A stretch of 64,000 nucleotides of DNA. It comes from an uncultured virus (IMG/VR IMGVR_UViG_3300044617_001027). Its lineage: Duplodnaviria; Heunggongvirae; Uroviricota; Caudoviricetes. Below the pieces are notes generated by a model. The model had not been told where the DNA came from and searched no databases. It worked only from the letters and a program-made list of their open reading frames with translations. The stretch lies in IMG/VR virus record IMGVR_UViG_3300044617_001027; one strand, 5' to 3'. Position numbers and translations under genes: made by a program. Positions 52,386 through 62,282 of the stretch are shown piece after piece; positions within the stretch are counted from its first letter, which is position 1; each line of letters starts with the position of its first letter.

Positions 52386-54272
52386 TTATGTCAAATTTAC
52401 TACTCTTCCTAATATGTCTCTGTTCTTATACTTAACTTCAAAAATTGAAGGATCTAATGCGGGGTATAATATATTATTCCTAGTTGCTGTAGCTATATCA
52501 TAGTAATTACCGGAATATCCTTCATCCTCCTTGTATTTATTATGTATATCAAATGCTAGTATATTTTTCACTCCCTGTACATCTTTGATTAAGCACATAA
52601 CTTCACTTATATAAATAGGTTGACCTATCTGCATTTTATCATTAGAAAAGTAATCTCTAAGATTAGATAAGCATTGTAAAAGAACTTCATTTGAATTATA
52701 TGTAGCGGATGTTAATATTTCAAAACTTATAGCTATGTTTATAATAAAAGCATCTCTTATATTTATAGCGTCAGTTAACATCCTGTATTGTAATAGATAA
52801 TTTTTAAGATTCATTTTTACTGCCATATTTAAAGGGCTAAAGTTCTTATTATTATCGTATCCTAATAAATACAAATTAAGTGATAATGGATTTGGAATAA
52901 AATCAAATGTTCCATAAGCTCTAGTTTGAGCATCCCTTTCAATGTGAGCTTTAGCTACTGCTCCAAACTTCGGAGGCAAAGTGTAACATCTGACCATGTA
53001 GTCATCTTTTGTTACTGCTCTGTTCTGAGAAGCAAAGTGATTTATAGCTTCTTCTCTTAATGTTTCTATTGGTTTATCTGATATACCTCCTCTAGCTGGT
53101 TCCGGATTGTTTATGACAAGGGAACCTATAGATGCATTATATAAAGTCGAGTCTAAAGCACCTAAAGGAGTTAGTACGTTTATTGATGATATAGTAGTTA
53201 TTGAGTTTGCTGAAACGTTATCCGGAATACCGCCTCCGATGGCGTATTGTACTGTAAGAGTGGTGTTAGAAGGAGCTGACCCGTAAGTTTTTGTGTATAA
53301 AAAATTTTCCGGGGATATACTTAAATCAACAACTCTTTCAAAATAATTTAATCCAGACCCTACATTAAAAGGATTAGGAACAATTTCTTCATCGACTTCA
53401 CTGCTAACGCCACCTCCAAATTGTATTTCAGTTCTATCATCTAATCTAAGCCTAGTTACAAATCTTCTTTCTGTTTGTAAATAAGTTAATAAGTAAGGTG
53501 CAGAATCTCTGTATTGCGACAAATTTTGGTCGTTATGCGGTAAATTTTGTACAGGAATTGGTATGGTATCTTGAGCTAAATAAGGCACTTCATACCACTT
53601 ATTTCCATCTGAATCTGTTACGCTTAATATTTCAAGAACATTATTTTCAGGTAAGGTGATTTTATCATAAGGTTTAGGTGCTGCAAAACTAAACTGTCTT
53701 GATAAAATAGTTCCAGATACTGCTTTTACTTTTTTCCTAAATAGATAATTTTCTACTTCTCCTGCATTATCAATAGAATAAACAGATATTTCGGTAGGGT
53801 CTAAAGAAGAACTGTACCTAAAATCGACAGATTCAATTGTTCTAAATGTTATATTTTCTCCACTTGTAGCTACTAAACTAGAATCTATAGATAAAGCATA
53901 CTTGAAATCAGGTTTGTTATTAGGTCCATTTCCGGTAGAAGGAACTACTTGATAGATATCTAAATCTACTGATGCTCCTGTTATTAAAGATGGCTTAAAT
54001 CCTAAAGAGTTAGCAATATTGTATAAATTTATTTTTTCTTGTACAGTGGATAATAATGATTCTCTTAACTGAATATCAGTGTAAAATGATAGAACATCTC
54101 CTACATAAGAAGCTAGTTCTATAAACATCATACCTGGAGAGGCTTCATTAAAATCATTATATGTATCAGGAAAGTAATTTTTAGAAAAATCTATTAAAGA
54201 TTGTCTGAATTCTCCAAAATCTTTATTTACATATTTTACATCCTTACTAATTAAATTACTTCTTTTACTCAT
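52386..54272 (-). CDS. Baseplate wedge protein (gp6 / baseplate J-like)
   Basis: Motifs NKDFGEFRQSLI, YNDFNEASPGMMFIELASYVGDVLSFY and QNRAVTKDDY. Confidence 0.88.
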   Translation of the reverse strand: MSKRSNLISKDVKYVNKDFGEFRQSLIDFSKNYFPDTYNDFNEASPGMMFIELASYVGDVLSFYTDIQLRESLLSTVQEKINLYNIANSLGFKPSLITGASVDLDIYQVVPSTGNGPNNKPDFKYALSIDSSLVATSGENITFRTIESVDFRYSSSLDPTEISVYSIDNAGEVENYLFRKKVKAVSGTILSRQFSFAAPKPYDKITLPENNVLEILSVTDSDGNKWYEVPYLAQDTIPIPVQNLPHNDQNLSQYRDSAPYLLTYLQTERRFVTRLRLDDRTEIQFGGGVSSEVDEEIVPNPFNVGSGLNYFERVVDLSISPENFLYTKTYGSAPSNTTLTVQYAIGGGIPDNVSANSITTISSINVLTPLGALDSTLYNASIGSLVINNPEPARGGISDKPIETLREEAINHFASQNRAVTKDDYMVRCYTLPPKFGAVAKAHIERDAQTRAYGTFDFIPNPLSLNLYLLGYDNNKNFSPLNMAVKMNLKNYLLQYRMLTDAINIRDAFIINIAISFEILTSATYNSNEVLLQCLSNLRDYFSNDKMQIGQPIYISEVMCLIKDVQGVKNILAFDIHNKYKEDEGYSGNYYDIATATRNNILYPALDPSIFEVKYKNRDILGRVVNLT

Positions 54273-54274
54273 TT

Positions 54275-54787
54275 TTATAATATTTCAGCGGCTAAATCAT
54301 TACCCGAATTATAGATTACTACTGTTCTATTGGCGCCTCGTTCTGTAACAGAAAATGTTATTCTCACATTAACTGAATTTTCTTGCTCTGAATACCCGTA
54401 GTTTTGATTACCTCCAATACCTACACTTAAATCTTTAAGAACTATATAAGGAAGCCAAAATCCTATATCTTCCTCTAGTGAAGACTCTAAAAAACCTCTA
54501 TTAAACGAACTGTTTTGCTCAAAAACAAAATCTCTGAGAATTGTTCCAAAATTAGGTTGCATATATCGCTCACTTTTTCTAGTCATTAGTAAATTTATTA
54601 AATTACTAATTGCTTGCTCTTCGGTAGTGTAGGATAGTTTAAAAGGTCCTACATCTCTTGATGGTTTTTTGTTGTAAGCTTCTAAAGCACTTTTAACAAA
54701 TGTATTTCTATTAAAAGGTAATAAAATTCCAACGGCTTTGTCTAATTTCGTATCAGGCGGATATGCCTTGTATATTATTCTAGCCAT
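54275..54787 (-). CDS. Baseplate wedge / sheath initiator (gp25-like)
   Basis: NLINLLMTRKSERYMQPNFGT.L...FE...WLPYI. Confidence 0.88.
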   Translation of the reverse strand: MARIIYKAYPPDTKLDKAVGILLPFNRNTFVKSALEAYNKKPSRDVGPFKLSYTTEEQAISNLINLLMTRKSERYMQPNFGTILRDFVFEQNSSFNRGFLESSLEEDIGFWLPYIVLKDLSVGIGGNQNYGYSEQENSVNVRITFSVTERGANRTVVIYNSGNDLAAEIL

Positions 54788-55185
54788 TATTTTATTTTTT
54801 CTGCTTTTTTCAATATCGGTGTATAATTTCTAGAAAGTAATTTACTCATTAGATTACCTCCTTCTGATGAAGGTAATACAACTTTTCCATCCATATCAAC
54901 TAAAGGTTCGTGTGAATAGTTAGATATACTCATATTTTCAGTAGTTACTGAAGGACCATAATCCATATCCGAACTGTTAAAAGGCGTAGTTCCTGATAGA
55001 AGAGAGTCTAAAGAACTATTAGATTTAATTGGTCTTTGTTCTCTAGTATAAGTATTTTCTACTACCTTGCTTGTATTTTTACTATTTAAATTATTAAATT
55101 CTTCTCTAATTATAGATTTTATCTCCTTTTTTAATTCTTGAGATATTTCTTTTACTAAGTATTTTATAAGTGAATTCTTTTCCAT
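54787..55185 (-). CDS. Hypothetical protein
   Basis: 132-aa ORF in the operon, with the TATTTAT motif upstream. Confidence 0.6.
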   Translation of the reverse strand: MEKNSLIKYLVKEISQELKKEIKSIIREEFNNLNSKNTSKVVENTYTREQRPIKSNSSLDSLLSGTTPFNSSDMDYGPSVTTENMSISNYSHEPLVDMDGKVVLPSSEGGNLMSKLLSRNYTPILKKAEKIK

Positions 55186-55218
55186 GTTTATAATAAATAT
55201 TTAAACTGTATAATAAAT

Positions 55219-57237
55219 TTAAAAATTAACCTCTACTATTTTATTTAAGTCCACTAATTCGTGAGATAAATGAGCGTAATTATCTTCGTATAAAGTAACT
55301 TCTAGTTCTTTTCTTATACAATCTGAATTAACTAATATCTTTTTTTCTACAAGCATTGATTCTTCTAGTATAAACAAGTTGGTTGAAAGTAATTTTTCTA
55401 TATCTGTATTATACTTGAATTTATCTCCTACTATATACCAACCAGGTTTACAATTTTCTTTTATAACTAATATCAAATAAACAACATCTGATACTATTGC
55501 TAAGGTTCTTTTACTTTTAAGAATAGAAACTATCTTAAATAAATGACCATAGCATTTACCATCAGGGTATATGAAATCTACCGGTATATTAATTAAATCA
55601 GTTTCCGGATTAAAAGGAGTACCGGGAAATCCAGGTCCACCCGGTCCGTTAGGTCCACCCGGTCCGCCGGGCTGTCCGGGAGCGCTATCCGGATTACCTG
55701 TTCCGGGTCCGCTAGGTCCTCCGGGTTCACTAGGTCCACTAGGATTTCCGGGAGTTCCAGGTGGTATAGCTGTTCCTTCACCTTGAGGCGTATCGGGCAA
55801 ATTAGCAGGAGAACCGTCCGGTTCCGTAGAGCTACCTGCGACTTCCGGAATAGGCTCTGTATTAGAATTACTAGCACCTTCGGGAGTTCCCGGCGGTTTC
55901 ATTTTGGGGAGAGCGTTGTTAGGATTAATAGAAAAACTAGGTAAGTCGACAGATGGATTACCTATTGAATTTGCAATAGAATCGGTACCTCCGGGCATAT
56001 CAGGAGATGAGGTTATAGAACCTCCTGTTTTGCCATCCATTCCCGGTATGCTATTTGTAAAGCCTGTAGGAGCTACTCTAGATAATCCGTCAGTTCCTAA
56101 TTTAAAATTTGTGGGTAATGAGGGAGGTTGTGGAAATCCTTGCGAACATCCCCCACCCCAAACACCTTTGCTAGGATTTAGAGTGTACTTAGGTCTTAAT
56201 GATATAATACTAGGTAGTCGTGGGGAAACTAAAGAAGGCCCTCCAAGAGGTGATGTAGTTATACCTCCTGGTCCGGCTAATGCTTGTACTTCGCTATGTA
56301 AGCCTAAAACAAAATCTACAAGGTCATCAAAATCTACATCATGTTTATCTGTAGTTAGTCGTATTTTTGAAGCAGATAAATACATTGTTTTTTTTGCAAT
56401 CAACATCATATTATCCGTCTTTGCTTGCATTACAATTCTATCCGCATTTGTAGCTGATTGAGCTTTAGTGGAACTTGGAATACTAGACAAAGGCGAAGGA
56501 CATGCTCTAACCGAAACAAATCTTGATAAAGCTTGGTCAGAAGTCCAATAAGTAGTAGAGAAATCATTAGCTGCGTCTTCTATGGCATAGGATAATGAAT
56601 CTTTTATTTCTCTATTTGGTATATCTTTTACTTCATTGGGTAATGGTTTACTCGGTCCTACAGGTTTATTAGCCACTATAGTTATTGGATTTCCTGCTTT
56701 TCCTGATTTCCATGTGGGTTGAACCTCATGTTGTGGATGAGGACCCGAACCTATACCTAATCTTATCGAAGACCCGCCTCTACCAGTGAAAGTAGTGTCA
56801 CCTTCAAAGGGTTGCATAAAGTTGGCAGTATATGGTCTCTTAGGGAAAGTATTTCCAGGAGTAACAAAAGGAGGTGCCGGTTTATTATCAGATGACTTAG
56901 ATCTATTAGAAGCGTGAGGTATTTGATTTATTACAGAATCATTAGTTGAATTAATAGGTAGAGGAATATAGTATAGTACTTTATCTAAATTTGGAGCATC
57001 TGTACCATCATATCCAGTAAGCTCAAAAACAACTACATGTTCTCCTCGTAAAGGTATATTTCTAAAGTTAGTGAATAAAGGTCTAGCATAGTGAGCGCGA
57101 ACATTACCTATTAAAGAATTGGGATGTAATTTAATTTTTACAGAGCCTAATGGAAGTGTTCTACCTTTTTCATCTTTTTGATTTTTACCATACGCCTTAG
57201 AGGTCTCTATCACTTCCGCCGATACTAAATAGCCCAT
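55219..57237 (-). CDS. Putative central spike / baseplate hub (gp5/VgrG-like N-terminus) with a Pro/Gly-rich extension
   Basis: Motifs [16 protein letters not shown]...[10 protein letters not shown] and NADRIV..AK; lies just upstream of the gp25- and gp6-like genes. Confidence 0.55.
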   Translation of the reverse strand: MGYLVSAEVIETSKAYGKNQKDEKGRTLPLGSVKIKLHPNSLIGNVRAHYARPLFTNFRNIPLRGEHVVVFELTGYDGTDAPNLDKVLYYIPLPINSTNDSVINQIPHASNRSKSSDNKPAPPFVTPGNTFPKRPYTANFMQPFEGDTTFTGRGGSSIRLGIGSGPHPQHEVQPTWKSGKAGNPITIVANKPVGPSKPLPNEVKDIPNREIKDSLSYAIEDAANDFSTTYWTSDQALSRFVSVRACPSPLSSIPSSTKAQSATNADRIVMQAKTDNMMLIAKKTMYLSASKIRLTTDKHDVDFDDLVDFVLGLHSEVQALAGPGGITTSPLGGPSLVSPRLPSIISLRPKYTLNPSKGVWGGGCSQGFPQPPSLPTNFKLGTDGLSRVAPTGFTNSIPGMDGKTGGSITSSPDMPGGTDSIANSIGNPSVDLPSFSINPNNALPKMKPPGTPEGASNSNTEPIPEVAGSSTEPDGSPANLPDTPQGEGTAIPPGTPGNPSGPSEPGGPSGPGTGNPDSAPGQPGGPGGPNGPGGPGFPGTPFNPETDLINIPVDFIYPDGKCYGHLFKIVSILKSKRTLAIVSDVVYLILVIKENCKPGWYIVGDKFKYNTDIEKLLSTNLFILEESMLVEKKILVNSDCIRKELEVTLYEDNYAHLSHELVDLNKIVEVNF

Positions 57238-57649
57238 CTTCTAATTGTTTATCTATGTCTTGAAATTCATCTAATAAGTTATCTTCCGCTTTTTGTAGCA
57301 TCTTTAATTCAGTCAACTCCTTTTGCGTTTCTTGAGATAACTCTTGAAGTAGCATTTCTTTTTCTTCTTCTGTTAAGTTAAAATCGCCACTTGAAATAGA
57401 TGCTGCTTTACTATACATTCTTTGTACAATAGCTGCCATTTTTATAAGTTGATCGTCATTTTTAACCATCACATCAAAAAATTCTTTAACAACCGGTAGA
57501 ATAACTACTGCATCATTTACACTTTGTACAACTCCATCTAATCCTTTTAATGTCTTATCTAATTCTTTTGATCTTTTTTTAGAATTGCCATAAATTTCTT
57601 TCAAGAGATTTGACATGCTAAAATCATCAAATAATTTTATATCTTCCAT
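57197..57649 (-). CDS. Helical hypothetical protein (distant small-terminase candidate)
   Basis: 150-aa helical ORF with KNDDQLIKMAAIVQR. The function is a guess. Confidence 0.5.
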   Translation of the reverse strand: MEDIKLFDDFSMSNLLKEIYGNSKKRSKELDKTLKGLDGVVQSVNDAVVILPVVKEFFDVMVKNDDQLIKMAAIVQRMYSKAASISSGDFNLTEEEKEMLLQELSQETQKELTELKMLQKAEDNLLDEFQDIDKQLEDGLFSIGGSDRDL

Positions 57650-57650
57650 A

Positions 57651-58331
57651 TTATTTCTTCATGTATTTATTAAATTGCAAATCAAAATCTTCTTTAAATA
57701 TTTTTACTATCTTAGTGATTCTGTTTGTATTTGTCATGGGAATATTGGATCTTTCTCTTATTAATACATATAATGCTTTCTTATTAAATGCGTATAAAGA
57801 TTTTCGATGCTTAAAAATGTCAATGATAGAATCTGCTATGGCTTTATCTAAATTATTTTTAAAAGTGCATCTTAATTTTTCATATAATTCTTCGGTCCAT
57901 AAATTCATAAAGTCATCTAAAGAATCTTTATAATGTCTAGTGACTACTTCATTTATTATATCTCTTTCTTCATCTATTTCCCACAATTCCGCTTCTCCGA
58001 CTCTATTCTTATACCCTTTCTTATTTTCCATGATAAGATAATTTATAGCAATCCGGGTAAAAAAAGAATACGCTTTAGCCCTTTCTTCATTATATCTGTG
58101 CATTTTTATAGTCAGCATGGAAACTACTTGACAATGTAAATCCTCATACGGTAAATCAATGTACATATATTTACCCATGTTTATTAAATTCTCAGCTAGT
58201 TTACAAAATGCAGGATATATATTTAATTCGTATAAGTTATTTTTTTCTTTTTGTGAATCTAGTTTATTATATTCTACTATTGCATTTTGTACTGTGTCAT
58301 CAAAGTACATTTTTTTCTTTAATTTTTTCAT
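57651..58331 (-). CDS. Late-transcription sigma factor (T4 gp55-like); likely start 58331 or 58310
   Basis: MYFD...AI.EY, KLAENLI and KAYSFFTRIAINY match the gp55-type sigma region 2 pattern. The track start at 58355 is inside a terminator hairpin. Confidence 0.7.
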   Translation of the reverse strand: MKKLKKKMYFDDTVQNAIVEYNKLDSQKEKNNLYELNIYPAFCKLAENLINMGKYMYIDLPYEDLHCQVVSMLTIKMHRYNEERAKAYSFFTRIAINYLIMENKKGYKNRVGEAELWEIDEERDIINEVVTRHYKDSLDDFMNLWTEELYEKLRCTFKNNLDKAIADSIIDIFKHRKSLYAFNKKALYVLIRERSNIPMTNTNRITKIVKIFKEDFDLQFNKYMKK

Positions 58332-58342
58332 ATTATATCTAT

Positions 58343-58373
58343 AAAAAAAAGCCATCTTAAAAGATGACTTTTT
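58343..58373 (-). terminator. Intrinsic terminator upstream of the sigma gene
   Basis: Minus strand reads AAGTCATCTT-TT-AAGATGGCTT-TTTTTT (one G-U pair). Confidence 0.65.
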
Positions 58374-58379
58374 GTGTTA

Positions 58380-58682
58380 CTACTTCTTATCTGCTGTAAA
58401 AAGTAAATCTAGTTCCTCTATTGTATGACTTAATTGCTTAAATACTGTTCCAACTTCATCGTCTGATTCAAATGCACCTATTCTATCTAAGGTTCTCATT
58501 GTGTCTAGCGAATCTCTTACTCTTGATCTTATGGATAGTATTATATTAAAGTAATTATCATTTTCTTTTTCTAAATCATTTAAGTATTTCTCTGACTCAA
58601 TTAGTAATTTTTCATTTTTAGAGAAGTTTACTATGGCTATGTATAAAAGTATTATGTTTATTATTATTGATAGTATTAGCAT
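58380..58682 (-). CDS. Small protein with an N-terminal transmembrane helix and a coiled coil (likely start MLILSII)
   Basis: Hydrophobic LILSIIINIILLYIAIV; motif GAFESDDEVG. Confidence 0.6.
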   Translation of the reverse strand: MLILSIIINIILLYIAIVNFSKNEKLLIESEKYLNDLEKENDNYFNIILSIRSRVRDSLDTMRTLDRIGAFESDDEVGTVFKQLSHTIEELDLLFTADKK

Positions 58683-58692
58683 GTTTTGTTTT

Positions 58693-59292
58693 TTATGAAG
58701 AAACCATTTGTCTTGCTGCATCTGTAGATGCCATGATGATAGATCCTAAAGTTACTTTTTTTGTTTCTGGGATTTGTAAATATTTGGATGCTGAATCATC
58801 GTATAGCCCCGCTTGAATTTTTATTGCCACGTATTCATTGTATGATAAAGTCACATATTTTTGAAGTAAGTATAGGGATTTATCAGAAGCTACTAAGAAT
58901 TTAGCTGCATCGTTAAATTTATATCCTCTGTTTAGATTTTTTTTATGCCAGTCAGAAGTTTCCTCTACAAAGAAAGGGTCTTCGTCTACTCCGCACAACC
59001 CGATAGAATTAAACAATGAAGCTACCGTAAATTCCTCTAAATTAAAATCTAATGCAATGTCGGTAGACTTATACAATTTACAAAGACCTAATCCAAAATT
59101 ATAGGTATTAATTGAAAACTGCAACAATCCTCCTTCGTAACAATAGTTATTGTCTAAAAACATTGAAGCAGGAGCGCTTTTTAATGTAGTTTCATAGTCT
59201 GCTAGTAACTTTAGGAAGTTTTCTTTTCTTCCGCCGGCTACGCGTAAATCTAATAAATCTGTAAATTCTTTAAACAATTCTTCCGATTTCAT
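58693..59292 (-). CDS. Degenerate HD-domain (YhaM-like) protein
   Basis: The scaffold APAS...YEGGLL..S, L.YNE..AI and GLYD is present, but the metal-binding His/Asp residues are missing. Confidence 0.6.
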   Translation of the reverse strand: MKSEELFKEFTDLLDLRVAGGRKENFLKLLADYETTLKSAPASMFLDNNYCYEGGLLQFSINTYNFGLGLCKLYKSTDIALDFNLEEFTVASLFNSIGLCGVDEDPFFVEETSDWHKKNLNRGYKFNDAAKFLVASDKSLYLLQKYVTLSYNEYVAIKIQAGLYDDSASKYLQIPETKKVTLGSIIMASTDAARQMVSS

Positions 59293-59374
59293 AAAACTTT
59301 TTTTTGTGTAACAATTTATTATAAGATTTTGTTTATTTCATTCCACTCTTTTATCTGAGCTGGAGACATGTTTC

Positions 59375-60880
59375 TTAGCTCCGATTCAGAAAGTTTTTTT
59401 TTACATTAGCTTTAGGCTCTCTATAATTTCTACTTTTTGATTTATTTATAGAAGGTATTATTATAATTTCTTCTTCCGGTTCTCCTGAAGATATATCGTA
59501 ATCTTCATCTATTGCCTCAAATGTAATATCTTCTACTACATCTGATTCTATTTCTTCTTGTGTAATGTTTTCAAAACTTCCGGTAACTACTTCTTCTAAT
59601 CTAACTTGTTCTGCAAGTGCTGTATCGGAATATGAGTAAACTTCATTAAAAGATCCTTTTACTATGGTCATATCTTCAAATTCATTAATAGACTCTATAC
59701 TATTATTTTTTACTTTATTCTTACTTCCTGTAGGTCTTCCTCTTCTTTTTGGTTTTAGGAATGCCTTCATTGACCTCGACCATGAAAAATCACCTTGGAA
59801 GTTATTTGGATTTGTAGGAACTATTGAACCTAATGTCGGTTCTTCAATAGAACTTGTAAAATCTGAAAAAGAACTAGTGAATTTTACCTTTTCATTAAAA
59901 TCATCAATATACTTTGTATCTTCTTTTGTCAAATCATCCGAGTAAAATTCTGCTAAAGGGCTTCTCTCTTTCGGTTTTTCTGGAATAGGATTCTCTTCAA
60001 TATTATCAGAATCTTTTTCATCTTCTTCTAGTATTACTTTTTGTGTGAAATGATAGGCGGTTAAAAGAGCAATAGCCAAGGGGTCCGCTAAAAATACAAT
60101 AACCATTAGAAACCAAAATAGTACCTTGTCTAAACTTGTATTAGTAACTTCGGAAAGGTAAATTAGAGGACCAAGTTCTACAGCTACTTCATTACTTGAT
60201 TTTATTTCTATAATCTTTGTTTCGTAGCTAAATATAGAATCGGAAATGTTTGTGATGTCCACATATACTCCGTCTCTTCTGCTCTCCATTTTTCCAATGT
60301 CAGAGTTAAGACCTTCTACTTGTTGTAAATAATCCTTTCTTGTGGATGCATTTGATTTTGATGATGTCCTTCCTCTGCTATCTACATAAACATCTTTTGA
60401 ATCACTCATCATTCCAGAGGATGTTGTGTTCCTTTGCAATCTTGTTTGAGCAATGTCAGAAATAATTTGCTTATATTCATTTTGCAGATCATTCTTTTTA
60501 TCGATGAAGAATTTCTTTTTCTCTTCAACTAATGCAACTTCCGATTTAGATGCCATGAGCTTATTCTTATTCTCGGTATATGCTTGAGAAAGAATGCCAT
60601 AGACTCCGGAAGATGTTACAAAGATGACAAGGAATAAGAAAATTAATCCCCCCACTTTATATCCTAATGTTAGTTTATGCCAGTATCTATGAAGGAATGA
60701 TGCGATGACAAGTTTTGATATTTCTATTCCGGCGCCTAAAAGAATTATTGCCATGCCTGCTCCGGCGAAAACTTGGGCTAATCCTTTTACAGAGAAAAAA
60801 CCTACAACGGAAGCTAGGAAAATAGCGCAGGTTAAAAGAAGATAAGATATTCTTTTTTGTGTTTTTAAGTCTTTGGTCAT
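59375..60880 (-). CDS. Multi-pass membrane protein with a coiled coil and acidic tail (likely start MTKDLK)
   Basis: Three N-terminal hydrophobic helices, a coiled coil, ELGPLIYL and a further TM segment (DPLAIALL). Confidence 0.7.
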   Translation of the reverse strand: MTKDLKTQKRISYLLLTCAIFLASVVGFFSVKGLAQVFAGAGMAIILLGAGIEISKLVIASFLHRYWHKLTLGYKVGGLIFLFLVIFVTSSGVYGILSQAYTENKNKLMASKSEVALVEEKKKFFIDKKNDLQNEYKQIISDIAQTRLQRNTTSSGMMSDSKDVYVDSRGRTSSKSNASTRKDYLQQVEGLNSDIGKMESRRDGVYVDITNISDSIFSYETKIIEIKSSNEVAVELGPLIYLSEVTNTSLDKVLFWFLMVIVFLADPLAIALLTAYHFTQKVILEEDEKDSDNIEENPIPEKPKERSPLAEFYSDDLTKEDTKYIDDFNEKVKFTSSFSDFTSSIEEPTLGSIVPTNPNNFQGDFSWSRSMKAFLKPKRRGRPTGSKNKVKNNSIESINEFEDMTIVKGSFNEVYSYSDTALAEQVRLEEVVTGSFENITQEEIESDVVEDITFEAIDEDYDISSGEPEEEIIIIPSINKSKSRNYREPKANVKKNFLNRS

Positions 60881-60893
60881 GTTATTTTTTTTA

Positions 60894-60923
60894 CAAAGGT
60901 AGTCAATTTTTTTGAACAATCAA
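60894..60923 (-). promoter_or_regulatory. Bacteroidota-type housekeeping promoter (-33/-7)
   Basis: Minus strand reads TTG-N19-TACCTTTG, ending 13 nt before the ATG at 60880. Confidence 0.7.
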
Positions 60924-61110
60924 CTTTTTTTGCATTTTTTTTTAGTATCTACATGTTTTTACATGAATGCTATGTAATATAAAGAAAACAATTACATATA
61001 TAATTATGTTAGATTTGCATGTTATTGATGTTATCATTTTGTTTTAAAGATATAAAAGAGCATTAAACATGAATATACATTTAGACATGGTGCATGTTAA
61101 CATAATTTTT

Positions 61111-61139
61111 TTGACAATGGTTGACTGTTGATGTATAAT
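61111..61139 (+). promoter_or_regulatory. Perfect sigma70-type -35/-10 consensus
   Basis: TTGACA (61111-61116), 17 nt, TATAAT (61134-61139), upstream of the plus-strand genes. Confidence 0.45.
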
Positions 61140-61315
61140 CATGAAATTTTAACATTTTATTAACATGTAGATTTTTGGAGGGGATGCTAAAAACAAAATC
61201 ATACCCCCCAGTAAAATAAAAAAAAATTAAAAAAGACATGTAAAATCTATTTATAGTAAAACATGTAACAAACATTTATTGATAATTGATTATAAATTAA
61301 AACACATTACACATT

Positions 61316-61675
61316 ATGACAACAATGATAAAAGCATTATCAGATTTTGAACACATGGGCCACATGGTATATCTAAAAAAGATATTCCCGGAAGCATTCT
61401 TTAAAATAAAATCATTTACAGTACATTTTAAAGAGAAAGAAAATTTAATACCCGTAGGAGGAGACGATGGAGAGGTTAGAGCAGAAATAACATTATGTCC
61501 ATCTATAAAATGTCAATTCTACATTTATGCGAATAAAGATGTTTTTGACAATAAGGGAAACGCCCTGGTACCGTACCTTATAGATTTGGATGTAGATGAG
61601 AACAATGATGTAGAAGATTTGTTAGATAAACTAAAACAAATGCTACAGGATGAATTTAAAGAAAAAATTGAATGA
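61316..61675 (+). CDS. Hypothetical protein
   Basis: First plus-strand ORF after the strand switch. Confidence 0.65.
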   Translation: MTTMIKALSDFEHMGHMVYLKKIFPEAFFKIKSFTVHFKEKENLIPVGGDDGEVRAEITLCPSIKCQFYIYANKDVFDNKGNALVPYLIDLDVDENNDVEDLLDKLKQMLQDEFKEKIE

Positions 61676-62210
61676 CACATTATCTTTCATGTCGGAGCAT
61701 GATAGAGTATTGTTTCTTTACAACAACATCTTACTAAAAAATCCCGACGAAAATTTTGATTTAAATAGGGAGACATTTAACATGCTATTTTCTGCTGATC
61801 CCGAGAATTCTGACATTTTTGACAACATGTCGGGAGATGCCACTGAAGCAGATGACTTTTTTACATTCTTAGACGACAATGAGGAGTCTTTTGATGCTTT
61901 CTCTTACTCTGATGAAGAACTAGATGGTTTTTTAGATGGGATTGATGATGAATTAGATTATATAGAGTCCGAAGATGATGTACAAGTAGAAGTTTTAGTA
62001 CATGGAAACATCTTGGTTTTGTTTTCCAATTCCGAAGATGACATAAATTCATATATCTATAATTACTGCTTTTTAGAAGGGTATATTTTCACAAAGATAG
62101 CTGATTCTGAAGTAAAAAACATAAAGTCTTTTGATGTAGTAACCGGATACAAGCATAAAACAGTTTTAAAAGTACACGGAAAATTAGAAGATGATATATG
62201 TTACAATTAA
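61650..62210 (+). CDS. Very acidic hypothetical protein
   Basis: The central region is dominated by Asp/Glu with interspersed Phe/Tyr. Confidence 0.65.
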   Translation: MNLKKKLNDTLSFMSEHDRVLFLYNNILLKNPDENFDLNRETFNMLFSADPENSDIFDNMSGDATEADDFFTFLDDNEESFDAFSYSDEELDGFLDGIDDELDYIESEDDVQVEVLVHGNILVLFSNSEDDINSYIYNYCFLEGYIFTKIADSEVKNIKSFDVVTGYKHKTVLKVHGKLEDDICYN

Positions 62211-62282
62211 TTTAACATAAAATGGCATATAATTTGAACATCTCAATATAGTTATTATTAGTTAACTCTTAAAATTAATAAA

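Noticed and set aside
1855..59945. Numerous plus-strand ORFs in the track (e.g. 1855, 4716, 21307, 24058, 31288, 55904)
   Set aside because: They are antisense to well-supported minus-strand genes and lack recognisable motifs.
61081..61275. 64-aa minus-strand ORF in the divergent gap
   Set aside because: It is low-complexity, arises from the CATG-rich AT tract and overlaps putative regulatory DNA.
60920..61315. tRNA or structured RNA in the intergenic gaps
   Set aside because: No cloverleaf or T-loop motif is visible by eye; a covariance-model search would be needed to exclude ncRNA.
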